Assembly: GCA_964016885.1 (NCBI GenBank)
Contig: OZ024750.1
Coordinates: 7,006,001 to 7,070,000 of the forward strand
Length of the DNA stretch: 64,000 nucleotides
Reading direction: 5' to 3'
DNA from: Eledone cirrhosa
Taxonomy: Eukaryota
A program made the position numbers and the translations under genes. A model generated the notes under the pieces. That model saw only the letters and a program-made list of their open reading frames with translations. It did no database searches and was not told the origin of the DNA. Below are positions 1 to 13,202 of the stretch, piece after piece; the first letter of the stretch is position 1, and the number at the start of each line of letters is the position of its first letter.

Positions 1-284
1 CATTTTCCCTACAAGCAAGGGTTGGCTGTCTTTATATTATTGAAACTCTGATTATGTATACTTGGTGATAAAGCGATGTGAACTTGTAGAACACAACAAA
101 GAAGACAAGATACAAGATCTTAGTAAGATGACAGACTAATATAAGATGTGAAAAGAAATGAAGTGTGTGGTATTCAGATTTGTTCAACAATACCAGAAGT
201 TAGCAAAAAACATAGTTTTCATTATCATCACTATTTAACATTTATTTTGCACGCTTGCATGGGTTGTCAATATAAATAACTTAC

Positions 285-343
285 CTGCACATTAATGCTA
301 AAGCCTGCTGTCTTTGAACAGTATTTTGGAAGTTGGCCATTTG
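285..343 (-). CDS. PUF60: PUF60 coding exon preceding RRM1 (gene continues beyond the window's left edge)
   Basis: tttTAG acceptor, 59 nt QMANFQNTVQRQQALALMC+AG, GTAAGT donor; matches PUF60 'QRQRALAIMCR' immediately before RRM1. Confidence 0.93.
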
Positions 344-459
344 CTAAAAGCAGAAAGAATAATTTTAAATAACAAACAATGTTAAATATGACTAATGTAT
401 TCTTTACTCTAGGAAAATTGTATCATACATCATAAAAATAAGTCAAAATAAAACATATA

Positions 460-838
460 ACATATATATTCAAATATAAGTCGAGGAATATGTGGTAAAA
501 AATTCTAGTTATATCAATTCAGGGTCAATATTTTGACGATCTTCACCAACTTGTGATTATTTCTTAATGAAACACTATTTTTCTACATTTACTATATCGT
601 CGGGAGTTTTATTTATGCATTGAGAACATTCCCACAAAGTTTTATTATTTGAGCTTTTTAATAGATAAATATACCCTACACATAAACATATGCACCAACT
701 ATGTCTCTGTGACTTTTGTAATTATACTTTTTCACTTGCTCTCCCTCCTCTCTTCTTTTTCTCATTCTGCTTCTCCTTTCTTGTCCATTTCTCAGGTATA
801 AAATAAGGGAGTCAGCTTATATTCAGGTATATACAGTA
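460..838. mobile_element. Tc1/mariner-superfamily (Tc2/pogo-like) MITE, degenerate
   Basis: TIR-like ends catatatattcaaatataag / cttatattcaggtatatacagta; related copies at 30318-30512 and 35488-35631. Confidence 0.5.
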
Positions 839-1097
839 ATCCATAGATAAAAAGTCTGTGTGTGTGTGTATACATACACACGTGTTTGGTTTAGAATAGG
901 TACACTGTATCTCTACATGTTGCAAGAGTTGGTACCAGCAAGTATATCTCAACATAAAGCATTAGTTAAAGAAAAACCCTCATGATGAGCAAGAAACCTG
1001 TCATGAGACGGAGACCCACATGGTTAACTCCTGCAGGCAAAATGGCCTTAAAAAAGCTTATTTCTGTGTGTATTGCATGTGTATATGTAAACCTTAC

Positions 1098-1306
1098 CTG
1101 TTGTTGATGAGCAATTGTTTGTCGCACCAGGACACTTTTAATACTTTGTTCCATTGCATATTTCTTAGCTTTCTGTATAGCTTCTTGTTGGGATGCTGTC
1201 AGCTTCGGTAATACAAACGGCTTCTGGTCTCTTTTAGCACCAGGTCCTTCAACAATGGGGCCTATTTGTTCAGCCTGGGGTGTTTGGAGTTCTTCTGCAG
1301 CCAAAT
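1098..1306 (-). CDS. PUF60: PUF60 coding exon
   Basis: ctgacAG acceptor and GTAAGG donor; encodes ...[38 protein letters not shown], the conserved PUF60/Hfp pre-RRM segment (human [38 protein letters not shown]). Confidence 0.95.
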
Positions 1307-3616
1307 CTGTCAGCAAAACCAAAGCACAGTTAAATAAACAATCGAGATAGGACAAATATTTGAAGAAACTATATAATGAAAAAAAAAAAAAAAAAAAAGA
1401 AAAAGAATAAATAAACAAGAACCGGAATATGAACAGGGCCAAGACAAATGAAGACGGGGCAGAGACAAGGTTATTTTTTTTATTTGAGGCACAGACATAG
1501 TCCTTAAGGGATATGGAGAAAAATATAAAAAGGGAAGATCATTAAAAAAATTAAAGTAGGAGAGCAAGAATATTAGATCATCATCCAGACTAATATTGCT
1601 TTAAAAGATTCATAGTTTTTCTTTGATTACTAATGAAGAGTCGTAGAGAGAAAATATCAATGATGTGCACCAGTAGATATAGGCTGTCAGTATTTTAGGA
1701 ATCAAACAATTTACAATATATTCATGTGAAATAAGGATTACCACATCACAAGCACCGATCGACTGATTGCCTCCAGTTTGGCCCTAATTTTGGCCACTGT
1801 AGTCTCACCAAAAGCCCCATAAAACAGCTGGCCGTAAGGGTGGCACGAGCAATACTGAACTTCTTACTGATATATAAAAACACAAAAAAAGAGAGAAAAA
1901 TAGCATTTAAGAACAACATAAAGAGAATAAACGCAGATGCTTTCTAGATTTGCTAAAATATATCATTTAACTGTGACACTCCTTGGAATGGTCTAGATCA
2001 GGCAAAATTATTGAACGAGTTTTAAATATGGAAGCAGGGTGGAAAATTTGTTTAATGTTTTCTACTAAAATCAATGTTATTCCCCATAAAACACTGCTCC
2101 ACTAACAGTTATCACTTAAATTAGGTTTATTTTTTTAGCTTCAAGTATAGAAGATTGTGATGTTATTTTTGTAGAATCTACATCAAAGTGAAATAACTCC
2201 CAATTATTTGGAAGAAAATGAAAAAGAAATCTCCAATATCTTTGGTGAGTTAAGCCAAGTATAAACTTTATAGAATTAAAAATATGACGGAGCCTCTTCT
2301 CAAGTTACTATGTAAATTAGGTGCAATATTAAAATAATCTAAATTTGGTGTGCCTGACTTGGAAGATTACAATCAGGAACTATATAAACTACTAGCAGTA
2401 TTTAACTACAATTTATGGGGGAGGGACCCATACAGAGCTGGTTTAGTTTAGTTTCATGGATGAACTTATCCATTACATTACAATATTTATGTAAGAAAAT
2501 CTATTAACATCACCTAACAAGTTTATTTGAGAATTTAGATTTTATGGCAAAGCATTTTAGTTTCAATGCAAATATTTTTCTCATTCATAAGGTGCAGTGA
2601 ATTGTGAGTCTTTCACCATAAATTAAATTTTATGAGATTCTCAATTCACGATTTTCACTATTTACATCACAACTCATTATAAAATATCACTATATAAATA
2701 AATATATATAAACATATATATATATATAGTATAATTAAAATTTTCTACATTTAACATGTATGCACGACCTTAGGTTTCTGGGTCCAGTTATGGCCACCAC
2801 TGTACAGTGGAGGAGCTGTTTCAAATATATATGTTTATAATTACTACCACTAACAAAATTTTAAAAGAGTATTTGCAAGTGTTGGGGAATTTAATGCTTT
2901 TACGAGTATATAATATTAAATACATACTAATCTACACTATAGTTGAATAAAATGAAGAAAGCTTAATACGGCATTAGCATTAATATTACTTCAAAATTGG
3001 TGTGAGGACTGAATATTCCACTGTTGTGGGAACAATGTTTGTTTTAATGTATGTTGTAACACTAAATAATGAGCAAATATTCTAAACAGAAAAGAAATGA
3101 TATTCTCAGCAACTGATATAAAACAGTTGACAGTTACAAATGAGGTAAAGAGGACTCAAATACTGTGCCAACAAAACTAAATTAAAACATATTCTTGAGA
3201 TGTACGCACAATTGAAGAAAAAAGGAGCTTTTACATTCTTCTTCAATATAAATGTATTGTTTGTTAAACTATCTACATAGCTATGACAGAAAGTTCAACT
3301 GTAATTCAGTTCAATGATCAAGCTAAGAAAACCCCATCCAATAATGAACTGTCACAAAAATAGATCAATAAAACTGTATTAATCTTATTAGCTTAGCAGA
3401 ACAATGGACATTTTAAATTCAACGGATGACACACTATACCTATTTTGCTCCTAATTTTATAGTAAAACTAAAACTATAAATCTACTTATTGGTTTTAATT
3501 ATTTGTCATCAAACTATCTTTATAAGTTCTGACAATATCCAAGGAACTTAACTTCTATAATGAAACAACTATGTACCAAACAACTACATCACTAAATATT
3601 TTCTATTATTATATTT

Positions 3617-3728
3617 ATCCCGCCAAGGTTAACTTTGCCTTTCATCCTTACGGGGGTCGATAAAATAAAGTACCAGTAACGCACTGGGTGATTGCTGGCC
3701 TTGTGCCAAAAGTAGAAACAATTATTAT
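3617..3728 (+). mobile_element. Octopus-type SINE, 5'-truncated
   Basis: cccgccaaggttaactttgcctttcatcc..gtcgataaaataaagtaccag..ggccttgtgcc..(att)n; near-identical to 30668-30777. Confidence 0.8.
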
Positions 3729-4239
3729 ATTTATACTTCCAATCGATAAAGTATTTTGTTTGCAGGTCAATTAATTTAACAAAGAGGTAATCTTTATCAT
3801 TATTTCCCATTGATCACTTCTAATACAAGCTATTCTCATTAAATGAGCCAAAATCTATCTGCTGAAATTTTAAATGCAACAATTTTGTCAGTGGCATTTC
3901 ATCATTTATAATGAATCTTATTACAGAGTATAGAGTATTGTGTACTTTGTGTAAAAGCAGACACATATCTAAGCCTATTCTGCAAGCCAAAAGGTACCCT
4001 GAATTACTAGTTTATAATTCATCTAATTATTTAATTAGATACTAGCTAATTTAAATGGCTCCTCTTAGTCCTTAGTGTCACTCAGGCATAAAATGTTTTC
4101 CTGTCTAGTAGGTGTCTTACTCCAACAACAAACCTGCTCTAAATATCAGATTAGTCTTTATAAAAAACCTCCCAACAACCCTATCTTCTCCATTAATTAC
4201 CACATATCATTTTAGAAAATGTTACTGCTTTATCTAGTA

Positions 4240-4580
4240 TGGTATTGCATCAGCCCACATAGTATAATATATCTCTCCACAACCTCATCAGCTCACATAT
4301 TATATATCTCTGAGGCCCTCGGTATGCTATTTCATCAGCCCACATATTATATATCTCTCCACAACCTCATCAGCCAACATATATATCTCTGGAGCCCTTG
4401 GTATGTTATTTCATCGGCCCACATATATATCTCTGGGGCCCTCGATACACTATTTCACCAACCCATATATTATAAATATCTGGGACCCTCGATACACTAT
4501 TTCACCAGCTGACATATTATACATCTCTGGAGCCTTCACTACGCTGTTTCATCAGCTGACATATTAAATATCCCCTCTAC
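4240..4580. repeat. Degenerate ~40-50-bp minisatellite
   Basis: Recurrent tatttcatcagcccacatattatatatctctggagccctc units. Confidence 0.7.
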
Positions 4581-4977
4581 AGCATGAATTCAGCAATAAA
4601 TCTGACCAGAGGTTTGCTGTAACCTGTTTCAATCTGATCTGAACATATTACAGCTGAAAGGAATGTTATCATTACAAACTTTATTCCTTTATCTTTATCA
4701 CATTTTCTATGAGATTAGTAAATGTGATTCTAAAGATTAAACTTCATATCACTGTTGTTAACCTAAGAATACAAACTAGAACAACCCTAAAGACACTGAA
4801 GCTGATTTTCATTATAACCAATGAAACTTTCCCTAAGATATTACAGCAAAGGATTTGTAACAAATGGACAGATCTTTCCTAAATTTCTCAAACGATACAA
4901 TTTCATTTAATTATCTCTTGTAAGACTTTTTATTATAGGTGATTATTAAATAATGCAGTTGAAGGTGGTTTATATTG

Positions 4978-6642
4978 TCTAGAACTGGTCAGACCTCACT
5001 TAAGATAGCTTAGTGTTGTAGTCTAGCTCTGGTCAGTCCTCATGTAAGATAGCTTATTGTTGTAGTCTAGCTCTGGTCAGTCCTCACTTAAGATATCTTA
5101 TTGTTGTAGTCTAGCTCTGGTCAGTCCTCATGTAAGATAGCTTAGTGTTGTAGTCTAGCTCTGGTCAGTCCTCATGTAAGATAGCTTAGTGTTGTAGTCT
5201 AGCTCTGGTCAGTCCTCATGTAAGATAGCTTAGTGTTGTAGTCTAGCTCTGGTCAGTCCTCATCTAAGATAGCTTATTGTTGTAGTCTAGCTCTGGTCAG
5301 TCCTCATGTAAGATAGCTTAGTGTTGTAGTCTAGCTCTGGTCAGTCCTCATGTAAGATAGCTTATTGTTGTAGTCTAGCTCTGGTCAGTCCTCATGTAAG
5401 ATAGCTTATTGTTGTAGTCTAGCTCTGGTCAGTCCTCATGTAAGATAGCTTATTGTTGTAGTCTAGCTCTGGTCAGTCCTCATGTAAGATAGCTTATTGT
5501 TGTAGTCTAGCTCTGGTCAGTCCTCATCTAAGATAGCTTATTGTTGTAGTCTAGCTCTGGTCAGTCCTCACTTAAGATAGCTTAGTGTTGTAGTCTAGCT
5601 CTGGTCAGTCCTCACTTAAGATAGCTTAGTGTTGTAGTCTAGCTCTGGTCAGTCCTCACTTAAGATATCTTATTGTTGTAGTCTAGCTCTGGTCAGTCCT
5701 CATGTAAGATAGCTTATTGTTGTAGTCTAGCTCTGGTCAGTCCTCACCTAAGATAGCTTAGTGTTGTAGTCTAGCTCTGGTCAGACCTCACCTAAGATAG
5801 CTTAGTGTTGTAGTCTAGCTCTGGTCAGTCCTCATGTAAGATAGCTTAGTGTTGTAGTCTAGCTCTGGTCAGTCCTCATGTAAGATAGCTTATTGTTGTA
5901 GTCTAGCTCTGGTCAGTCCTCATGTAAGATAGCTTATTGTTGTAGTCTAGCTCTGGTCAGTCCTCATGTAAGATAGCTTAGTGTTGTAGTCTAGCTCTGG
6001 TCAGTCCTCATGTAAGATATCTTATTGTTGTAGTCTAGCTCTGGTCAGTCCTCATGTAAGATAGCTTAGTGTTGTAGTCTAGCTCTGGTCAGTCCTCATG
6101 TAAGATATCTTAGTGTTGTAGTCTAGCTCTGGTCAGTCCTCATCTAAGATAGCTTAGTGTTGTAGTCTAGCTCTGGTCAGTCCTCACCTAAGATAGCTTA
6201 GTGTTGTAGTCTAGCTCTGGTCAGTCCTCATGTAAGATAGCTTATTGTTGTAGTCTAGCTCTGGTCAGTCCTCACCTAAGATAGCTTAGTGTTGTAGTCT
6301 AGCTCTGGTCAGTCCTCATGTAAGATAGCTTGTTGTAGTCTAGCTCTGGTCAGTCCTCACCTAAGATAGCTTAGTGTTGTAGTCTAGCTCTGGTCAGTCC
6401 TCACCTAAGATAGCTTAGTGTTGTAGTCTAGCTCTGGTCAGTCCTCACTTAAGATAGCTTATTGTTGTAGTCTAGCTCTGGTCAGTCCTCACCTAAGATA
6501 GCTTATTGTTGTAGTCTAGCTCTGGTCAGTCCTCACCTAAGATAGCTTATTGTTGTAGTCTAGCTCTGGTCAGTCCTCACCTAAGATAGCTTATTGTTGT
6601 AGTCTAGCTCTGGTCAGTCCTCACCTAAGATAGCTTATTGTT
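4978..6642. repeat. 44-bp minisatellite, ~38 copies, in a PUF60 intron
   Basis: Unit TCTAGCTCTGGTCAGTCCTCA(TGT/CTT/CCT/TCT)AAGATAGCTTA(T/G)TGTTGTAG, period 44. Confidence 0.97.
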
Positions 6643-7269
6643 TGTACAAATGTAAAAACCTGCTCAGGCAAGCTAATTTTATGAATATCTATATGAAGAA
6701 TAGCATTGAATGTCAGTGTGCTTAGAAACTTAAAGACAAGCATTGAAAAGAAGAGTTGAGAAAGACCAACATAAAGGTATATCCGATATCTGCTATGGCT
6801 GGAGGTGAAGACAACAGGTAGCCAACATATACCCTTCACTAAAAAGATTTAAAAGAAAAAAAGAAAAGAAAATGCTTGGAGATTTGAAAAGGAAAAAAAA
6901 AAAAAGAGAAAAGAAAAAGAAATGGAAGTTTTCTCAGCACAGGATCACAGTGAAGTGTATGTGTGAGTGTGTATTGCCTGAAAGATAAAAAGAATAGTAC
7001 TGAAACTAGCTCAAATTCATTAGATAAAATATTACAACTTGTATCAAACATAAGAGAGATCAAGGGAGAGAGAGACAGCAACTAGCTGTAACGAATTTCA
7101 AGATTAAATCCTACTACATTCAACTTTAAACTTCACCCCTAACGGGTTGATAAATAATTACATCAACTATACCCTCCTCCACACAGCTTAGCTGTGTACT
7201 GAGTGAAAGAGCAACTAGCTGTAATGTACATCACAATCACTGGCCTTCCCCTTCAGAAACAGAAACTAT

Positions 7270-7680
7270 CAACCCTCTACATAGCTGAAGGTGAGACAAT
7301 AGATTGCTCCTCATATCTGAGACATTGCTGTTGATACACACACTCTCTTATATATTAGACTGATTCAGTCACATTATACTTCAAACCTCTGACACACAGA
7401 CATATCTTCTCTCTCTGCCACTACTACAGCAACCTCCACTTATCAGAACTGTCTGGTCTCCTCCTACCTCTCTTATCTCTCGCATCATTAACCATACTGT
7501 CAACCCACCACCACCACCTCACACGCTAACTAACCACTAAGACCAGTCCTTCCTCATTAAAATGTTGACCACCTGAAATTCTCTCCTTTCCTATATTTTT
7601 CCTGCAGCTATCAACTTCAAGAGGAATGTTAACCATATCAACCTCACCAGTTATGGAGGGCCTACAAAAGCAATAGGCAC
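7270..7680 (+). mobile_element. Degenerate LINE (CR1/L2/Jockey-like) ORF2 C-terminal fragment
   Basis: Broken translation resembles 'SF....WNSLP..IFP..NFKRNVN'. Confidence 0.35.
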
Positions 7681-9609
7681 AAACTCTTCCTCTTCACTAA
7701 TCCAACAAACAAAATTGAAGTAAATCAAATTATCCCAACCAAATATTAGATTTATCAGACAAAAATTAAAACCCAATCTAATAAGACCTTAGCATTGTTG
7801 TGTTGAGTATCAAACTATTAATGGTATAAGAGCCATATAAAATAGTTGATTGGAAATATAAGACATTGATATGGTCATGTTCACTTGTTATAGTGAAAGT
7901 AAGAGAATACTTTATAAAAGATATTAACCCAGAACAAGCCATTATAAACCAAAGTACAGAAGAAGAAGAATGATTCCTTATGTGAAGAATATAAACAAAA
8001 TTACTCAAAATAAATCAGTTTTGTGTTTAAGAATAAAAATACATCTAGAACGTACTAAACTATGTTTTAGATTATCATATATATTTAATGCTGAATCAAC
8101 TTAAAAACTATTATAGAGTTTGTGGTAAATTTACAACATTAAGTTTCAATCTTTACAGAATTGTCTGAAATCAACAGTGTCATTTTAAGACAAAGAGACT
8201 TAAGAGTGAGACAGTGATCTAATGAAGTACTGTTGCAGTATTATAATAATATCTATCTCAGTACCAAAGATGTTAACCTTTTCATATGTACAAAGTCACG
8301 GTAATATAACACATTTAACTTTCACGGAAGAATGAGTTTTACGTTGATAAAGAGTTTTAAAGAGACGGACAACATTTTTGATAAGTTGGGGAAAAAACAC
8401 AGTACAGAGATAAAGAAAAAGTGGTGAAGGAAGTAGATAAAGTTACATAAAGTAGTGTTGAAATAAGAAACCTGATGTAAAACTGAAACTATAAGAAGTA
8501 GAACGTAAGATAGAGAAGACTAAGATAATAAGTAAAGTGTTAAATCGTCAGAGAAGATAAACCTAGACAATATAAAACAATAGAATAAAACAGAAAGAAT
8601 AAATGATAAGAATTTAATACTGAAAAGAAATTAGTGGGAAGCTAAATAAACACAAATGATGAGCTGAATATGTTGAAAATGGTTATAGAAAATGGCCAAG
8701 AATAGGACAGAATAGAAAGGTGTTACTTTAGTACACAAACCATACTAGTAGAGATATGTGAATATCAAAATATCAATTTAAATATTTCAACTAATAATAA
8801 TCGAGAGAGAGATATATATATATATATAAATGTAACTTTAATAAGACAGACAAGAAAAACTAACCATATCAAATTATTTTACAAGCCACCAAAACAAAAA
8901 AAACGGCAAGATATCTTTCAATATAAAAATTATCAAATAAATCAATTATTATCACTAATTCTCATTAACCCTTGAAATCAACGCGAAGAAATATTTCATA
9001 AATTAGAAATAGATTGGAAGATAATTCAGTAACACAAAAAAAAAAACAGATTTTTTTTCTGTTTAGCAAATATTTGAAGTCCAAATGAGAGATGAAAATT
9101 TTTTAAACAAGAGAAAAATGGTATAACAATATACATGGAAGTTTTCAGGTTTCTAAATGAAATGTTTCAATCTCTAATATTGTGTCCCCTAAAAGATGGG
9201 TTAAATGGAAAAAAAAAAAAAAAAAAAATAAAAGCATCATTGACAAGTTTTCATGCCCAGGAACCCTTAAAAAATATTGTTTAGTTATCACTGAAACCCC
9301 TCTTAGAATAATATTTACTGAGAACTGAAAAACAAAGATACTTTAGTTTCTTTTCAGACTAAAAAAAAAATATATATATATCCCCATTACTATGACCATA
9401 TATTTTACTTGGATTAAATTAAACTAAATTATTAATTAAATACATTTTAAAGAGATTAATTAATTACACCAGATTTGGGTTCTTATAGTAATTAATTACA
9501 TAGGATTGGGATTCTTATGGTAATTTTCCCGAAACTATTTTTACAAAAATAATTAAAAAACAACCCAATAATACAATAAAGATCTGTTTAACATTATCAG
9601 CACAGATAA

Positions 9610-9920
9610 GTTAGCTTTAAATATAGTACTAGTTATAATAGTGTTCTCCCAATAAAACATATGTTAGCTTTAAATATAGTACTAGTTACAACAGACTGTG
9701 TTCTCCCATTAAAACATGTTAGCTTTAAATATAGTACTAGTTACAACAGACTGTGTTCTCCCATTAAAACATGTTAGCTTTAAATATAGTACTAGTTACA
9801 ACAGACTGTGTTCTCCCATTACAACATGTTAGCTTTAAATATAGTACTAGTTACAACAGACTGTGTTCTCCCATTAAAACATGTTAGCTTTAAATATAGT
9901 ACTAGTTACAACAGACTGTT
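9610..9920. repeat. 55-bp minisatellite, ~5.5 copies
   Basis: Unit gttagctttaaatatagtactagttacaacagactgtgttctcccattaaaacat. Confidence 0.93.
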
Positions 9921-12900
9921 CTTCCATCAAAACAAAAATTTTATTGGGAAGATAGTTTGATAAAGGTCAGGGGGTGGATGATGAATACATTAAAATCTTC
10001 TGAACCCCACCAACTACCGACTACCACAAAACAATCCCACCAAATATCCAGGTATTGTAAATTTCTCTTAAGTATCCAGAGGTTTTAAGTATTTAAACAA
10101 AGGCCTATATAATGTTCAAAACTGAATGGTTGTGAAAATATTCAGGGATCAAGTTCAGGTCACTGAAAAAGAAATGGAAAGAAAACAATGAGGTATTTCA
10201 GTACTGTCATACAACAATACAGCTGAGAAGACTAAACAGCTACCAGCAACTGGAATAGACCTGATGTGTATAAAAAAAAATAGACATTACTGAAAAGTCA
10301 TGTATTTTATATATATATATATAAAAGCAAATATATTATAGAAAGCACACCTCCCCCACTATATATATCTCACCACATACATGTATCCACATGTACATGC
10401 ATGTATATACAAGTATCTATCTACCTATACATACATACAACTTGCATGCATATATATATATTATGTACCTCTGCTAGATATTCAACAATGGATGTTCCAG
10501 TTATTTGATCAATAGAACAGCCTACTTTTGAAATTAACATGCAAGTGATTGAGTCCACACACACGTGTACCGATGACATAATTCTCAGGGAGATTCAGCA
10601 AGACACTGAGTGACAAAGCTGGTCCTGAGTTACAGATACAGTTCATCTGACAAGTTTCCAAACAGTTTGTCACTGACAAGGCTTAGGTTGACCTGAAGCT
10701 ATGATAAACAACACCTGCCCACAATGGGATTGAACCAACGACCTTATAATTGCAAAACTAATCCTTAATCAATCTGACACACTGCGTTCACACACGCACA
10801 CATACGTATATATGGTGTACACACACACACACATATATGCACAAATCCATATGAGCATGACGCGATCTCCAGACCTGATTTGTCTCATAAAATAACCAGT
10901 CAAACCCATGCAAGCATGGAAAATTGACATTAAATGATATATACGTACACACACTAACATAGATAGGTTTCTATACAGGAATCAGAAATGTATAGCTACA
11001 TTGAAGAAAAAATCTTCGAGGAAACCATTGAGCTAAGAAACTAAAACTGAAACCTGCATGACTTTTAAATATACACTCATACAATATGCCAAAATAACTA
11101 AACACATTTGTTTGTTAAGAATATAAACCAAGACATGGATTAGCCAAATTCTTAGATGGCAAAATGGTACCACCATGTCCATCTGACTATCACAAGAATA
11201 TGTACATACACACACAAAGAAAATTAATTCTACAAATAAAAGAAAATTCAGAGAAAGCAATATAGAGGACAGAACTCTTTAAAAAGACTAGTGTCCTGAT
11301 GCAGGGGATTTTAACCCTTTCTAAGTCGTGGAACCTAAAATGATTGGCACAAAACCCCGGTTGAGAATCTCTGCTGGACAGTCCCTTAAAGTCTGCACAA
11401 ATGGAATAACGAACCTTGTCTCATACTAGTTTTCTTTTTCTTTATTTCTATATTATATTTGTTCTAAATAGAAAAGACCAATGCTCACATAAGTCATATT
11501 TTACCAAGTTTCAATCATTGGACTGAGGCCATTCTGGGACACTACCTTTTATGGTTTAGTTGATTAGATCACTCCTAGTTCCTATTTTATTTGTTTCAGA
11601 AAGATGAAGGGCTAAGCAAACTTAGGTAAGAGATTTGAATCTAAATAACTTAAAGAATTTCAGCTGACACTATCAATTCTGTCATTCTACCACATATAAT
11701 ATTATTAACACACTCACACAGAGAAATGAATGTATAAAAATATAGAAGTGTGTGTATATATATACACAGGCACACAGCTGGAAGAGGAGGGTGTTTAATA
11801 CTTAGGTTAAGTGCAAGCCAAACAGGAACAGCAATAACTGAATTGAAAATTAACCTCAATTGATGCAGATGTGTTAAAACAAATTTATATCAAATTATTC
11901 CATATGAAGAATAATTATTTTAATAAACTCTTGAAATTCACCAACAATTTCTAATTAATACAAAACAAACAGCTTAGAATTCTTTCTTTGACTTCCTCTA
12001 AACAATAAAATGAGCAATAAGAAGACTTCAGGAAGACAAAACATAATAAATTAGAATTGTACCTATTCAAATCACTTTATCACATCAATCTAATTCAGAG
12101 TGATAATTCTAAATCATAAAGACAAATCCTTTTAAACTATCTGAAACTAGACCAAATGGCTAAAATGTGATACAATTAGATATGATTTTTAGTAAAATAT
12201 GTTTTCAAAAAGTCATTCTTGCTATATTATCTGCTGGATTCCACATTCAATCCAACGAAATGGAACTGGAAAGAAAACAACCCAACAAATGGTTAGCAAC
12301 AGAAAAAAAAAACGTTCAAAAAGTCTGTTAAAAAGATACATAAGAGAAATTAAAATTAAAATTTTTTAAGTCACACAAATTCTACAGTTACTTTTGAAGA
12401 ATTATTCTCAAAAGTGTTGAAACCTGGTTATGAAAAATTTGTTTAAATAATTAAACTGATGCTGTCATTTTTAATATATATATTTATATATATATCCAGG
12501 GAAATATCTGTATTCAGTAGTGTTTTGACCACAATATATGAGTAGCTACACTATGCTTCAGGAATATATCAGTTGAAGCATATGAACACAAATGTTTGTA
12601 TTTTTTTGTCTGTGAAACACGGTATTGTAGAGTGATGGGACACAATAGCAGTTTCTTCTCTTTATTTTTTTTTGTTTTACCTTACATAAAAAAATTACGG
12701 TGTTCATATCCAATATGAAATAGAAAAGCATAGAATTACTTCTTTCAGGTACAATTTTAGATATAAATAAACAGAAAATAGGCAACATATATATACACAT
12801 GGAGTTAAATCTAAACCAATAGCTTCTTTCTTGTACACAGTACGTGTATATAATAATCATCATATAACGATATATATGTATGTATGGATACACAACAAAC

Positions 12901-13168
12901 ACACCAACAAAATACACAAACTGAGATTAGTAAACCCAGTAAACTCAGGACTCCATTTTGATGAAATTATTGAATTTCTTAATAAGTTTGCTGGGACAAA
13001 TAGTGATATAGAAAGTGAACATGTATGAATGTGTATATACATATGTAAGTGTATGTGTATATATAATTAATAATTTACTAGTTAAAATGCTATATAATTT
13101 TGGTGAGGTTTTCTGAGTTATCAGGTATGTATGTGTATGCACGTGCATGTGGATGATATGTATGTATG

Positions 13169-13202
<34 letters not shown>

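Noticed and set aside
966-1442. 158-aa ORF as a single-exon gene
   Set aside because: Only 1098-1306 is exonic PUF60; the flanks are intronic polypyrimidine tract and post-donor sequence.
4978-6642. CRISPR-like array
   Set aside because: Units are contiguous tandem repeats with no unique spacers, there are no cas genes, and the context is a eukaryotic intron.
12831-13028. Protein-like ORF (KLRLVNPVNSGLHFDEIIEFLNKF...)
   Set aside because: Antisense to PUF60, flanked by microsatellites, with no recognisable domain or convincing splice sites.
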